Part shown: positions 48,271-61,254 of the stretch, piece by piece
Numbering within the stretch: position 1 is the stretch's first letter
How the letters are laid out: each line of letters opens with the position of its first letter
Source of the DNA: Cetorhinus maximus
Lineage: Eukaryota
Reading direction: 5' to 3'
DNA length: 64,000 bases
Assembly: GCF_964194155.1 (NCBI RefSeq)
Contig: NC_135898.1
Span: 17,918,001-17,982,000, forward strand
Notes under the pieces: generated by a model
What the model was told of the DNA's origin: nothing
The model's input: the letters and a program-made list of their open reading frames with translations, nothing else
Database searches by the model: none
Made by a program: the position numbers and the translations under genes

Positions 48271-48380
48271 CCTCTTTAGCTCTGAAGAAGAGTCTTATTG
48301 GACTTGAAACATTAACTCTGTTTCTCTCTCCACAGATGCTGCCAGACCTGCTGAGTTTTACCAGCATTTTCTGTTTTTAT
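48271..48380 (+). mobile_element. 110-bp Penelope-derived hammerhead mini-element
   Basis: AGCT CTGAAGA AGAGTCTTATTGGACTT GAAAC ATT AACT (48278-48317), then CCACAGATGCTGCCAGACCTGCTGAG. Direct repeat TTCAAATTATA at 48252-48262 and 48381-48391. Confidence 0.82.
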
Positions 48381-48949
48381 TTCAAATTATATGACTTGTC
48401 TTTTTTTCCATTTCATAAGTTGTTTACTTCCTCCCTCTCCACATATACACAAATAAATACTAATTTCAGCAGTGCCAACCACTGTGGATAAAGATTTCCA
48501 ACGAAGAGAGTCCTTGCACGATCTGTCAGAACATTTAATAAAAGTTAAATGAGAATGAATGGCAACATAGAATGAATTCACTGGCATAGGAAAGTAGGCA
48601 GGTAACCTGCTCCTCAGCCTTCTATGCTCCTTTTCAAACACCACCGAGATACTCCCTCCATCCCCCAAATAGTTCAGCTCATTCGGAACTGACTAGAAAA
48701 CAGAGCTTTTTGCTGAATAAGAGTGCTGTTATACTCCGTGTACCAGTCTGAGACCAGTGTGTGGTTGGGTGTGCTCTAGTTGGATAGATTAGCATTATAT
48801 TGTTGCTTAGCTTGGGTAAATTTGTCATGCTGTGAAATATGTCGCCAGCTTCTTGGACATGTACGTCAATGACATTGGTTATATTGTTGATATACTGCTT
48901 TAGCTGCTGAATGCCAGGAGATCTCCATTCCTTTTCTTTGAAATGGCAC

Positions 48950-50285
48950 AACAATTACTTGTATTTATAAAGCACCATTAATGAACTAAAATGTGCCAAG
49001 GTGTTTCATAGGAGCATTGTAAAACAAAATATGACACCAAGCCACTTTGAGGAGATTTAGGTCAGATGACCAAAAGCTTGGTCAAAGAGGTAGATTCTAA
49101 GAACTGCCTTAAAGGAGGAAAGAGAGGTTGAGAAGCATAGAGATGTTTGGAGGGAATTCCATAGCTTAGGTCCTAGGCATCCGAAGGCATAGCCACCAGT
49201 GGTGGCGTGATTAATTCTCAGGAGGCCAGAATTAGATGAGCGTAGATATCTCAGAGGGTTGAAGAGATGGAGGAAGTTACAGAGATAGGGAGGGATTTGA
49301 AAGCAAGGATGAAAATTTTACAAACAAGATGTTTCTTGACCAGGAATCAATGTAGATCAACAAGCACAGGGGTGATAGGTGAATGGGCCTTGGTGCAAAT
49401 CAAGACACAAGCAGCAAAGTTTTGGATGGCCTCAAGTCTAAGGAAGACCAGCCAGAAATGCATTGGTATAATCAAGTCTAGACATAACAAAGGCATGAAT
49501 GAGGGTTTTATCAGCAGATAAGCTGAGACAGGGGTGAAGTTGGGTGATGTTACAGAGGTGGAAATAGGTAGTCTTAGTGATGGATCAAATATGTGGTCAG
49601 AACCTCATCTTGGGGACAAATATGACACCAAGGTTGTGAACTGGCTGGTTTAATCTCAGTCTGTTGCCAGGGAGAGGGACGGAGTTAATCGTTAGGAACA
49701 GAGTTTCGGGTGGGGGACCAAAGACAATAGCCTCAGTCTTCCCAATATTTAATTAGAGGAAATTTCTGGTCATCCAGTACTGGATGTCAGATGAACAGTC
49801 TGACAATTTAGCATCAGTGGAAGAGTTGAGAGCAACAATGGTGAATCAGTATACATGTGAAAACAAATGCTGTGCTTTCAGATAATGTCGCTGAGGGGCA
49901 GGAGGAACACAGGAATATAGGACTTAGGAGTAGCAGGAGGCCATTCAGCCTTTCGTGCCTACTCCGCCGTTCGATAAGATCATAGCTGATCTGGTTGTGG
50001 TCTCAACTCCACTTTCCTGTCTGTATGCAAATGGGAAATAAGAGGAGCCCAAGGATGGATCCTTGTGGGACACTAGAGGTAATGGTGTGAGAGCAAGAAG
50101 AGAAGCCTTTGCAAATGATACTCTAGCTATGATTAAATAGATAGGAATGGAACTAGATGAGAGTAGTCCCATCCACCTGGATGATAACGGAGAGGCATTA
50201 GAGGAGGATGGTGTCGTCAACCAAATAAAAAGCCGCAGACAGGTCGAGAAGGATGACCAGGGATAGTTTACCTTTGTCACAGTAA
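48950..50285 (-). mobile_element. L2 LINE fragment with a nested CR1 tail (~49900-50020)
   Basis: Minus-strand LLDLSAAF and SVPQGSILG-like RT motifs, with an L2 tail at ~48950-48980. Confidence 0.8.
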
Positions 50286-50494
50286 TAAAAGTATCTATAA
50301 TGTTGTGGAAAATACCTCTGTAATAAGATATCCTTGCATAACTCCTTGCCTAATGAAATTATGTAGCGCCAGTATACAATTACACCAGGCCACTGTTTTT
50401 AAGCATTCCATTGTGATGTCTGTAAAACATGTATGCTGCAAACCTTGAATTTGCAAATACTCCCTTTTTGATATATTAGTGACATCTTAATAAG

Positions 50495-50935
50495 AAAATA
50501 GTGCCTTTCATGACCACTGGACTTCTCAAAGTGCTTTGCAAACAATGAAGTACTTTTGAAGTGTAATCACTGCTGCAATGTAAGAAAGGTGGCTGCCAAT
50601 TTGCACACAGCAAGCTCCCACAGACAGCAATGCAATAATGACCAGGTAATCTGTGTTTTTATAATATAGATTAAGGGATAAACTTTGACCAGGACACCAG
50701 GGATAGCTCTACTGCTCTTTTTTGAATAGTGTCATAGGATCTTTTATATTCACCTTAGAGGACAGACTGAGCCTCAGTTTAACATCTCATCCAAAGTACA
50801 GCACCTCCAACAGTACAGCACACCCTCAATTCTGCAACGGAATGTCAGCCCTGACTTTTATGATCAAATCCTGGAACTTGAACCCAGAACCTGATGACTC
50901 AGGTGAGAATGCTATCAACTAAGCCGTGGCTGACT
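50495..50935 (-). mobile_element. Deu-domain SINE (SacSINE1-like)
   Basis: Minus strand CACGGCTTAGTTGATAGCA...GGGTTCAAGTTCC head and CATTGCTGTCTGTGGGAGCTTGCTGTGTGCAAATTGGCAGCC core. Confidence 0.8.
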
Positions 50936-51399
50936 GCCTAAGTAGAAATAAATTAGTTTGTTTTCCCCTTTAATTAATTTATTTATTTTAGCATTATAAT
51001 TTACTTCCTTCTGCTTTTTGTGGATAAATCTGAGCATTAATATATGCAGCAAGAGATGGATACTTCTGAACGTCATTCATCACGCAGTTCAAACAAATTA
51101 AACAGTTGAATGATTTTGCGTTTAGCCGAGGTTAACTGTATGAATAAAGACCAGAGGCTATGATGACAGTATAAATAGATTCAGAATAAAGTTAATGTGG
51201 TTGGGAGAGAAAGTAGATTGAGAAAAATGGTGAAGGGGTGGATGGGTGGGACTGATTTCTGACAAAGTTATTTTCTTATTACACTTAACAATCTCTTCTC
51301 TTCGAGTAATGTCTTATGTTTTATTGGAAGTAGTTTCCGTAATGACAAAGTCTTCAAATATTCAATCTTAAAAATGAAAGAAGCTGCATCGCAAATGTG

Positions 51400-51765
51400 T
51401 CCTAACCAAAGAATTATCTTTGTAGTGAGTTCACAATTGTAATGTAGGCAATATGTGCGCAGCAAAGTCCCGCAAACAGCAATGACATAAATGACTAGAA
51501 AATCAATTTTTGTAGTGTTAGTCAAGGAATAAGTTGGCTAGAACATCAGGAAGGCTCTTCTGCCCTTCCTCAAATTATGTCATGGGATATATAAGCTAAG
51601 CAAGAAAACAAGGCCTTAATTTAACATCTTAGCTGAAAGATAATGCCTCTGACATTCCCTCACTGCTGTACTTAAGTGTTATCCTAAATTATGTTCCAAA
51701 GTTACTGGAGTAGGGCTCACACCCATTATCCACTGACATAGCAGCAAAAATACTCCCACTGGTCC
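51400..51765 (-). mobile_element. Deu-domain SINE, more diverged
   Basis: Core CATTGCTGTTTGCGGGACTTTGCTGCGCACATATTG on minus. Confidence 0.65.
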
Positions 51766-52116
51766 TGATATGCTCCTCTCCTCTTTTAAGATGATCCTTA
51801 AAACCCAACTTTTTTGACTAAGCATTTTAATCTAATGAGCGAAATTTTCCGCTTCGGAGACTAAGTGCAATAGCAGGCAGGAAAGATGGCACGGAACCCA
51901 CCGACTGTTGTGGCAAGTTTCTGCGCCAGATTGCCTGCTTTTCAGTTCATTAAATATGCATGAATGTGATGCATGGTGTATCTCATGGCAGGGCGGGCTG
52001 GGATTCGTCCACCCCAATGTTACCTCATTGGCTCATATTTCCGAGCGCCATATTTAAACCACACCTATGCACATTTCACTTTCTGCAGCCCAGGACTTGT
52101 TGTGCCAACCAGTAGA

Positions 52117-52792
52117 ATGGCCCCGAAGAGAACAAAACACACTGCTCTGAAGTTTAGTGACACTGCACTGGGGGCACTCCTTGAGGCAGTAGAGGACTGG
52201 TGGGACATACTTTTCCCCCGTGATGCAAGCCTGAGGCCCACCAATCTCATCATTCTGGCTTGGGAGCAGGTCACCAGTGCAGTCAGCGCTAACACGCCTC
52301 AGGGGAGAACTGTTATCAAGTGCAGGAAGAGGATGAATGATCTCATCTGCTCCACCATGCTAAGTCCACCTTCTCACTCTCAACTCACCCTCTCATAAGC
52401 CCATCAGGCATTCACACGGTTACTGTACACAAGGGTCTCACACACTAACAACACAAGGGACATCACTATTGATCCTCTCACACACACTGTAACATCTTCA
52501 TCTCTTGTCACATCCTTTACAGCTCACATCCCCAGACCTTAGAAAGGGCCACTCAGCACCCACAGAAGGCGGCATGCTAATAATTTGCTGTGGCATCAAT
52601 CCAGCTCACAGTCTGTCCATATGTCTTTATGCAGGAGAAGATCGGCCACAACAACAGGGAGAGATTACAGACCAGAGGTTGGATGTCTGAGCTCAGGCCA
52701 CTCACTAGATTTTAAGAGCAGGTAGCAGAGCTAGCTGGCGAGTACCAGGACCGTGCCTGCACCGAGGATGAGATCAGCATCTCCCAAGTCGG
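52117..52792 (+). pseudogene. Harbinger Myb/SANT gene exons 1-2
   Basis: MAPKR...KFSD.AL.ALLEAVE...DILFP...AWEQV...VSA....RT.IKCRKRMNDL. Exon 2 follows TTTATGCAG (EKIGHNNRERLQT...LRPLT). Exon 3 is missing. Confidence 0.85.
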
Positions 52793-52908
52793 TGAGGACC
52801 CATTCAGATATTGATGTGCTTCATTGAGATGATGAGGATCGCAACAAGGGTATTAAAGTGGACCCAGCGTGGAGGGCACTGGTGAAAGAAGCTCGTATGA
52901 GTTATTCG

Positions 52909-54180
52909 TTACCATCCTCCTGGAACCTGGTGGCTAGAAGCATCTCATATGCACACATGCCTCGTCTTCCCTGTGCTATAGCCTCTTCCTCTGGAGCATC
53001 AGCTTCCTCGCCCTCATCAACTCAGCCCTCTTGATATCCTCCTCATAGGAGGAAACATGCAGCTCCTCCATCTCTCAATCTGGCAAGTCATTCCTCCTTT
53101 GTAGCGCCAGGAGTGTAGAGTGCAGCAAGCCATGATGATGCGGTAGACCTTCTGTGGAGAGTACTGGAGAGCGCTGCCTGACCTGACCAGATATCTAAAA
53201 TGCATCTTCAAAATGCCAATGGTCTCCGCAATCAATGAGTGTGTTGCAGAATGAGCAGTGTTGTACCTCTCCTCTGAAGGGCTTTGTGGCTGCTGAGAGG
53301 GCATCATCAGCCACATCTTTTGTTGTAGCCTTTGTCACTGAGGAGCCAACCCTGGATGCACTGAGGGCCCTCAAAGATCTGCAGCACCTGTGAGTGACTC
53401 AAGATGTAGGAGTCGTGGGAGCTTCCAAGGTGTCTCACACATACCTGCATAATCTGCTTCTGGTGGTTGCAGACCAGCTGCACACTGAGAGAGTGGAACC
53501 CTTTCCTGTTGATGAATTGTATTGGTTGTTCTCAGGGACCTCTTAAAGCCACATGTGTGCAGTCGATTGCACCCTGCATCTGTGGGAATCCAGAGGTCGC
53601 TGCAAGTCCCACTGCTCTGACAGCCTGACTGGCTTCAGCCAGGGACAGCGGGATGTTATTGTGTGCCTTGCTAAATAGGACACCAGTACTCTCTCGGGTG
53701 CACTTATGCTTGAGATATTCCACAGAGGTCCCCAGTGGAGCCCTGCAACGAGCCACTCGCTAAGAAGTTCAGAGCGGCAGTCACTTTGAGAGCCACTGGC
53801 AATGGATGGCCTTCCAGTCCCTGCTGTGTCAGCTTCTCCGGGAGAATGTGGCCAATGTGAGCCACCACATCTACGGCACTGTCTCTCGCTCATCTGTAGG
53901 TATGAGAAGCATCTTCAGTACATCCTTGGTCATGCCAAACACCTCCATTGAAGCAGGTCTGTCAGCCTCAGCTTCAGGGTCTTGAGGGTGGCCTGTTTGT
54001 ACTTGTCCATCAGGGCACGGCTCTTCCCTTTGCCAGCCTGACAGCGACGGGCCCTTCTTCTTCTTCTCCTCAGTTGCCTGATTGCCAGATAAATACAACG
54101 TTGGCTGCTCCATCCTTTATACATTTGTGCTTGTCTCTGCAGAAACATTGAACAGATACATGAATGCACATAGGGCTGCA
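52909..54180 (-). pseudogene. Harbinger transposase, frameshifted
   Basis: [56 protein letters not shown] and TIGILKMHFRYL..SGSALQY.P motifs. Confidence 0.9.
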
Positions 54181-55638
54181 ATGGTCACCTTCCAGTCCCA
54201 AGCTAGGGAGTCACTGTGAAGCCCATGGGTTGCATTCATCCCAGCCATTCCAGCCCAACCCCAGCGCCCTACAAATGCCACAGGTGCTTGGATCTGACTG
54301 AGTGCTGCCAGGCGATAGCAACCTTAGTCTGGACACTGTCAGACTGAATCCTTTGGATTACACAGCAGCACCAACTTGCACTTATGTTATAACAGTATTT
54401 GGTTGTGGGGGGGTGGGCAGTGTGAAAAGCCTGAACCTGGCAGCTGCAAGATCTGGAGGTATTTAGGCCATTAAGCATATGCATTTTGGCCATTGCCCCT
54501 TTAAGTTGGTTCCTTCTGACCCTTGTAATTTCTGAAGAGAGGGACAAAGGGCCTTTGGAAGCCAATCCAAAAATGGCCGCAATCAGAATTGGCTCTTGCA
54601 AGAATGTGCACATGAGTTAAGGTACCATGAATCCTTAATTAGCATATGGCATTTCTCAGCTGTGCCTCCTCTTCATTTGCTAAAGTGGAAATTAGCAGGA
54701 TACCCCTTCAATCGCCCCAAAGGTGCAGTAGTCGACTCCTCACACAAGCCCTGAGTGCCCTCCACTGCTGATTCTTTTCATTCCTTGTTTTTCAACTGCA
54801 TCATTGGATCAGCTTGAAAGATGGTGAGGCTGTGGTTTTATTACGAGACCAGCCTCCACCAACAACCTCCCCTCACCCCCTGTGACCACCAAGTCCCTCC
54901 CATCATGCTGGAAGAGCATGATGTAAGTTTCCCTCCCTCGAATCACTCTCCTCCCTCCCCCTCTAATCCTTGATCCCATAGTCAATGTCATTAATATCCT
55001 GTCCTCCCCCCATTTGCTGTTGATGTCCCAATGCCCCAAGTAGACCTGACCCCTTCTCACCTTGACGCTCATTGCACTTTGACTTACCGAGACACACCCC
55101 CCCCACCCCCACACCCCCTGCATTACTTATTCCCCATGTACAGGCTGCAGATGCGTCCCCTGACTGTGACTTTGCCATCTGCTGCCCAGTATCAAGCCAT
55201 CAATCCCCACGGCTGACGTGTATGAGAATAACCATGCCCTGCAAACTATGCTGGGCATGACTGACACAGGACTGACAGGCTCTCCCCCTCCCTGGGCTGG
55301 GACCAGGACAAGTGTGTCAAGCACAGCCCTCAAAATTGTGGCACAAATTCCCAGGACTCTCTGTGCTTTCTGGCCCCGACTACCTTTTGCACTATAGTCC
55401 AGGACTGTCTATGCTTTCCCCCACCACCACCCCCCCATTCACGTGTCTCTGTGCTCCCTTCACTCGTCATCCCCCCTAGTCATGTGTCTCTGCACTGTCT
55501 TCACCAGTCATGCCCCCACCCCAGGCGAGTGTCATGTGTCTCTGCGCTCTTGTCCCCAGTCACCCCACCACCATGCCCCGCAGTCATGTATCTCTAATGG
55601 GTGCTGCAGTCATTTTTAAAATGTAAACCAGACACCAG

Positions 55639-55900
55639 GGGCAGAATTTTAACTGCCAAGGAGAGGGAGGATGGTGCGGGTGAGGGAATTGAAGCCTGAA
55701 AAAGCGGCATCAGATTAGGAACCTGATTTGTATAACCCCGACAGTTTTCAAATGAGGGTAACCCCTGTGGAGCTGTCGGGTAATTAATGAAATTCCAGCA
55801 TTTAAAGAGGCAATTAACAGGATTTAACCCAGAATTCTGGCTTTAACAGCCAGCTCATGGGTTTCCCGAGTTGTGTAGAACTTGCTAAGGTCAAGCAGAC
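55639..55900. mobile_element. Harbinger-type terminus / decayed MITE
   Basis: Exact TIR GGGCAGAATTTT at 55639-55650 followed by a GC-rich subterminal region. Partner end not found. Confidence 0.45.
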
Positions 55901-58059
55901 GAGAGCACAATGGGAGTGCTTTTTCAATGAAACTGAAAGGCTAGAAACCCCTCAACCCCTGGTTGTTTGCCTCTCTTTGATTGTGCGTCCTCTTCTGCAA
56001 AGAGAGAAAGCAGGGAGTTGTGAGTGTGAGAAGTAGCTTGCCACCCTAAAGTACTCACCTCTTGGGCACTGTCTCCAGGACCACACTCCTGCTTAACACT
56101 GGCTCGATCACAGCCTCAGGAATCAATGTACATTCTGAGCCCTGCCAGGGTCCTTTCACTAGAAATCTGTCCTTTGACAAATTGAGAACTTCATCTTGTC
56201 TGCCCTCTCTGATTGGTCAAAAATCCTGGAAGCATGTCTTGGTTGAGTTAGTGAGCCATGACAAAGCCCGCTGACAGCACAAATGGGTTTCCGATCTGCT
56301 ACTGGCTTCCTTGCTGCATGTGGCTCCATTAAGATAAAAGACCCCCCCAAAAGGTTCCGATTTTTTATCCCCTCATACTGGGCCAGAATTTGCTGGAGTC
56401 CAACATTTCAAGGCATACGCGCCCTGTGCCCTGCGTCCTCCTGCTCAAAAGGTTTAGTACCTTCACTTGCTGTAAGTGCGATAATGGTCATGGTATGGCC
56501 AGGGCATCTGGAACCTTAGTGAACAACAAAACCAATGAAATACTTCCTTATTCAATGAGATTTAAGGATTGAGAAATAAATAGAGGGACAATTGTGAAGA
56601 AGGTGAATTAGAATGGGTGGCTTAGAGTCAAATCAGGACAGAAGGAGAAATAAATATTGAATTAAAAGAACAGAAAGGAAGATTTTTAAAATTTTAAATT
56701 TAACGGACGGAATGTTGTACTCTCGCTGGTGGCAAGCTAGGAGGCAGGAAGGGCACTTAATTAGGTGGGATGGTGGTGTACCGGAATCCCATCGCCTTCC
56801 CGCCTCCACCAGAATTATGTTCTGGGCAGGATGGTCCATGGTTGACTTTCCCACTCTGCTGCCAAATAAGGACCTTAAGTGGCCAATTAATGACCACTTA
56901 AGGGCCTCATCATACCACCACTGGTTTTAACCTAGCTGCAGACAGGTCGGTCACCATGCAGTGTGCATGACTGGTAAAATTGTGCTGGCAGCTTGTGAAG
57001 TCCAGTTGGGGGATAGGGGGAGGGGACCCTCAATCAAAGGCATAACAATAACTCACTGCCTGAAGGAATGAGAATTGTTTACTTTCTAACTCAGAGGTTG
57101 ATTGGCAGTCATTAACAACTATCATGTTGTTAAAAAGGTACTATTAATTATAAGATGTGCCTTTCCGTGTAATGTTTAATAGACAATTAATGCGCAAATC
57201 CAGCAAGTTGTTCAAAAATTATGTCGGCATGAAGGGAAAGATACCCCAGGGCAGAATCTTCTGGTCCCGCCAGCGCGGGAAACGTGGCAGGCAGGGAAAC
57301 TTAATTTGGTGGGAGGTCAAAAATCAGTTTCCCAAAGGCGGGATGAACTTTAGGAATTCTGTTCTCGGGACTTTAAAGGCGGGTTAAAGGTGGGTCGAGT
57401 TTCTTGACGCACAATGGCGGGAAGCCCTTTTGGATGCATTAATTAGCATGTCATGCATGCTCATTAAAATGTCACCTCGCCAGAATTAAGTTCCCCACCA
57501 GTCAGAAATTAGAATGTTCACATTCACGACTGTATATAAGTGGCATGCACCTGGCGAGCTTGACTTCTTCCATGACTTCGAATTGAAGTAGACACTGCTT
57601 TGACCTTCTTGTGGAATGTTCACAAAACTCAGCCTCTTGACTCATATTGGGTGCCGGTAGGACTAGCTGTGCAAAGGCTGAACAGGAGAGGCAGTTGAAG
57701 GGTGGAAGTGGTGGGGGTGCTGGGTAAGTTGGAGTGGAGGCTGCGCACAAGAGGCAGGCTAAGGGTGGAAGGGTGGAGCGGAGGCTGGACACGGGAAGCA
57801 GGCTAAGGGGAGAAGGGAGGGGGGCTGTCCAGGGAAGGGAGACAGACTGTCTGGGGCAGTGAAGGAATGCCAGGGTGTAGCGACATGGGATGGAGGGAAG
57901 GGCCTTGCTTGCTGGGTCTGGGGGTTCCTGTGGCTGGGTGGGGGAGGAGGGTTTCCAGGCTCAGATGGTGGTCGAGAGATAATCCTAGAGGGTGGGATCG
58001 GTGCTCTCGATGGTGGGATTCTGGGGGTCGAATGGAAGGCGCTGGGCAGCAGAGGGAAC

Positions 58060-59093
58060 TGTCACAGTGAGAGTGGGGAGTGGGCTGCAGAAAGGTGACC
58101 CAGCCTTCTAAGGGTCTCCTGCTCAGGTGCAGGTGCACCCTCTTTGGTCTGAACTGCTGGAGGTGATGTTGTCACTGGCAAAGGGGAGGTGGAGCGACAG
58201 GGCACTCTTGGGAATGTCCTGTGATGAATCCACTGGGGCACCTGGCTGGCGCTCCTCCTCCCTGTGGGTGCCCAATGGCACCTCCCTGACTCCTTGAGGA
58301 GGAGGGGCACCTAGAGGGAGGTCGAGGTGCCCCATCATCCTCTTGCCTAGCCACTGCTGCACTCCATGCATGGCTAAAGTGACGGAGTACATGTCCAAGT
58401 GCATATCCAGCAGCCACTTTGTGTTCTGCTAGACCTGGGTCTCCAAGGCAGCTGCCACACTTTCCATGTAGGCAGCCAAGTGCTCACATGCTGTAGCCAC
58501 AACAGCAGACGGAACGTGGATGGACTCCTCCAGCCTTCAGTCCAGTCTGCGCATGGGCCCTGGCAACTCTGTCTGATGTTCCCTGCCTGTCTCTGCATCT
58601 TCCACATGTCTCTTAGAGCCTACTTCAGAGACTCGTCATCCTCATGGGGTTAAACAGAGACCTGGTCTCCAGCAGTCCTTCGACTGTCAGAGGCCTCGGC
58701 TGTGATTTCCTCCTCCAGCTGTAGACCCATGTCAGTGATGTGCTTGACAGATTGTGACCCCAAGCCTACTCTAAAATGTGGCCCCACCGAAGTGATCGTA
58801 TCTGCGCAGAGGATGCAGGTAAACGCCGTAACCGTGCATCCTCTGAGGCTTCTGAGGCATCCTCCTCAAAGGTGGGGTTGGAGATGGAGTTATGGTGTTC
58901 TGGGTGCAGCTGAGAACTGCAGACAGGAGACATTCTCACTGGCTTCCTCATGAAGTCCTATCTCTCCTTCAGCACAGTCTTGTTCCTCCCTGGCTATATA
59001 TGCGGCCTGCTCCTCATAAGGAGTGAGGACTCTAATATCTGGAATGGCCTCTCCGGTCTTGGCCCACTCCTGCTTATTGAGGCTGTTCTTGTC
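58060..59093 (-). pseudogene. Harbinger Myb gene exon 2 and exon 3 remnant
   Basis: After CTTCTGCAG: DKNSLNKQEWAKTGEAIPDIRVLTPYEEQA. Coiled-coil segment ...RRLDRRLEES...LLDMHLDMYSVTLAM. Confidence 0.75.
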
Positions 59094-59330
59094 CTGCAGA
59101 AGGACAGAAGGATTGATTGTCATCTCAATGATTGCATGAGCAGTTCAGGGCATGCACGCCTATGGCAGCTGCTGAGCACTCTCCAGTAAGTGATTAAGCA
59201 GGATGTCCTGCAACTAATGGAAGATTGAGAGCATGAAGTGGCTGGCACGCATTCAGTGAACATGTTCCACCTGCTGGTAGGTGCTGCAACTCAAACCCCT
59301 GCCTGATATCCCTTTGCACTTGCACATTTA

Positions 59331-59875
59331 GGGCAGGATTTTTAGTTCGGCGGGCACCTGCAATCGGCAGATCCGGGAGCAGCCGGGGAACAGACCACCA
59401 ACTGCAATTGCCCCCCAACTGCAATTTCATGCTGGCTGGCCAATTAACAGCCAGCCAGCGTGAAAGACAGGCTGAAATGCTCAGCGCTGCCGGGTGGGGG
59501 TGTGAGGAGGGCGAGCGCTGAAGTCAGCAAGGGCGCGGGAGAGTGCGGAATGAAAGCTTCCTGAAGGCAGAGAGCTGCCTCAGGGAGCTGAAGAATCCAA
59601 AAGCGAATAAAGAAAGATTTTAAAATGCCGAAATCAGGATCAGTCACCTGTACATATGGATGACGAAAATTCTGTCCAAGTATTTTTATTTTTTTTAATT
59701 AATATCGGAAACCTCATCCCACCCTTGATTGAGGTTTCCTCAAAAAGGCAAAGGCTGCCTGGCTGATTCGCCTGCCCGTGATGTTGGACGGGCAACGTAA
59801 AATCTCCATCAATTACAATATTAATGGCTTTAATGGCCTCTTAATTGCTGGCAGGTGCATTGCCAACTCTGGAGC
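59331..59875. mobile_element. Harbinger-family MITE, right end truncated
   Basis: TTA|GGGCAGGATTTT. Shares GGCCAATTAA, GGCAGAGAGCTGCCTCAGGGAG and the GGAAACCTCATCC...GAGGTTTCC hairpin with the 39033 copy. Confidence 0.8.
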
Positions 59876-61254
59876 CTGGGCCTTTGAACTCATGAGCTAA
59901 TGGTGGGTCGGCAACTTTCTGCCCGGCCCTTCAACGAGATTCACCAAGCTCCTCACGGATGCATAGGTAATGAGCTGAACAGTGCAAGATTGTGCTTGGT
60001 CAGTTGTCCCGCACCCCACCCCCATCCCCACCAGAAATCACTCCAACTTCCTCCCTCGCCACCAAACTCAGACTTCAGACGATTCCAGCCACTGTTTCTG
60101 TGAAGAAAATTGCATAAATCAACCACCAAATTCCAAAGATTTGCAATCCACACATATCCCTTAATCTCCTGAATTTGCTGGCCAACTTGCACATTGATAA
60201 CAGTTGCGGTGTTCAATATATCCTTACTTTTTTCAGTAAGCTCTAATCATTGTGTTTTCTGATGCAGACAAATTGCTTATTTAAATAACTAATGGTTTCA
60301 TTAACAGCAAAGAAAACATCAAAACTCAAAGCATCCTCTGTCCAGTTTCATTTTTAAAATTTACAGAGCATGGCAATGCTAATCCCATAGATCGCAAAGC
60401 AGTTCCTCTTTCGAGCACATAACTACATGCATGAGACTACAACACTAGATTTTAAAATAGATTAAGTGTGCCTTATGTCATTGCAACTCTGAAAGCATTA
60501 CTAAAACTTAGTCTCTGTTTTGAGCAGCAATATTTAATATTTTTGTGGAGAGTAGAATTTCCAAAAACTTGCCCATGGGCCTCGAACACCTAATCCAACC
60601 GACAACTATTCATGTGTGAGCCTGGCAAGTGAATGTCAGCCCCTATTTGACTACATAAGGCTGCCACAAATTTTCAATCCATTCCTGAAGTATCCCAGGT
60701 GCCTCGCCAAGGTGAGGACTTTGAATATTGATCCTATAAATTCATTTGTGAGACAACATAAATGTGCATTAGTAAGTTGCCATTTTTTATGTATAATCAA
60801 CTGTCAACTGCTGGAAGTACACTGTGTGCGTATTAAATAAAGGTAGAATCAAGTTAGGCTATGATGTAGTCAATTAGGCTCCCAATGCTCTGCCTGAATG
60901 ACCACTCAGCCCAGAAGACTGGAGGGCAATTTGGGAACATGGACCCAAATAACAACAAGGAATCAATGCAAGAAGGTGAACAGAAGGGAGAAAATTGGCA
61001 ATAAAGGACAGAAATTGAAAACAAATATTACCTTCATGACACTTGACATCTACGCCCTAAAGCTGACATATAAGAGTAATGTTTCCATAATGAGTAGTGG
61101 GGAACTTCACCCACTGCTAGCATTGATGCAAAAATCGTGGACAATAGATGGATAGTTGTGGTCAGCTCATTCAGTGCACACTGGTGTATTTGAAGAAAGT
61201 CTGTACTTGGAAAATTTGCCCCTCAGTGAAATGACATTACTTATTAATACGGTG

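Larger units (their letters stand above)
51837..54695. mobile_element. Second Harbinger element (internally deleted, decayed)
   Basis: Left end GAGCGAAATTTT is TIR-like. Myb gene (+) and transposase (-) are convergent. Right boundary approximate. Confidence 0.8.
57249..60112 (-). mobile_element. Third Harbinger derivative: Myb gene remnant, no transposase, nested MITE
   Basis: Left end GGGCAGAATCTT. 59900-60000 is the reverse-complement homologue of the Myb-side subterminal region at ~51925-52012. Right boundary approximate. Confidence 0.65.

Noticed and set aside
55420-55595. Short degenerate repeat CATGTGTCTCTG...CCCC
   Set aside because: About four loose copies of low-complexity sequence with no evident function.
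57800-58140. Pro/Gly-rich overlapping ORFs
   Set aside because: These arise from G-rich low-complexity sequence inside the Harbinger derivative; no independent coding evidence.
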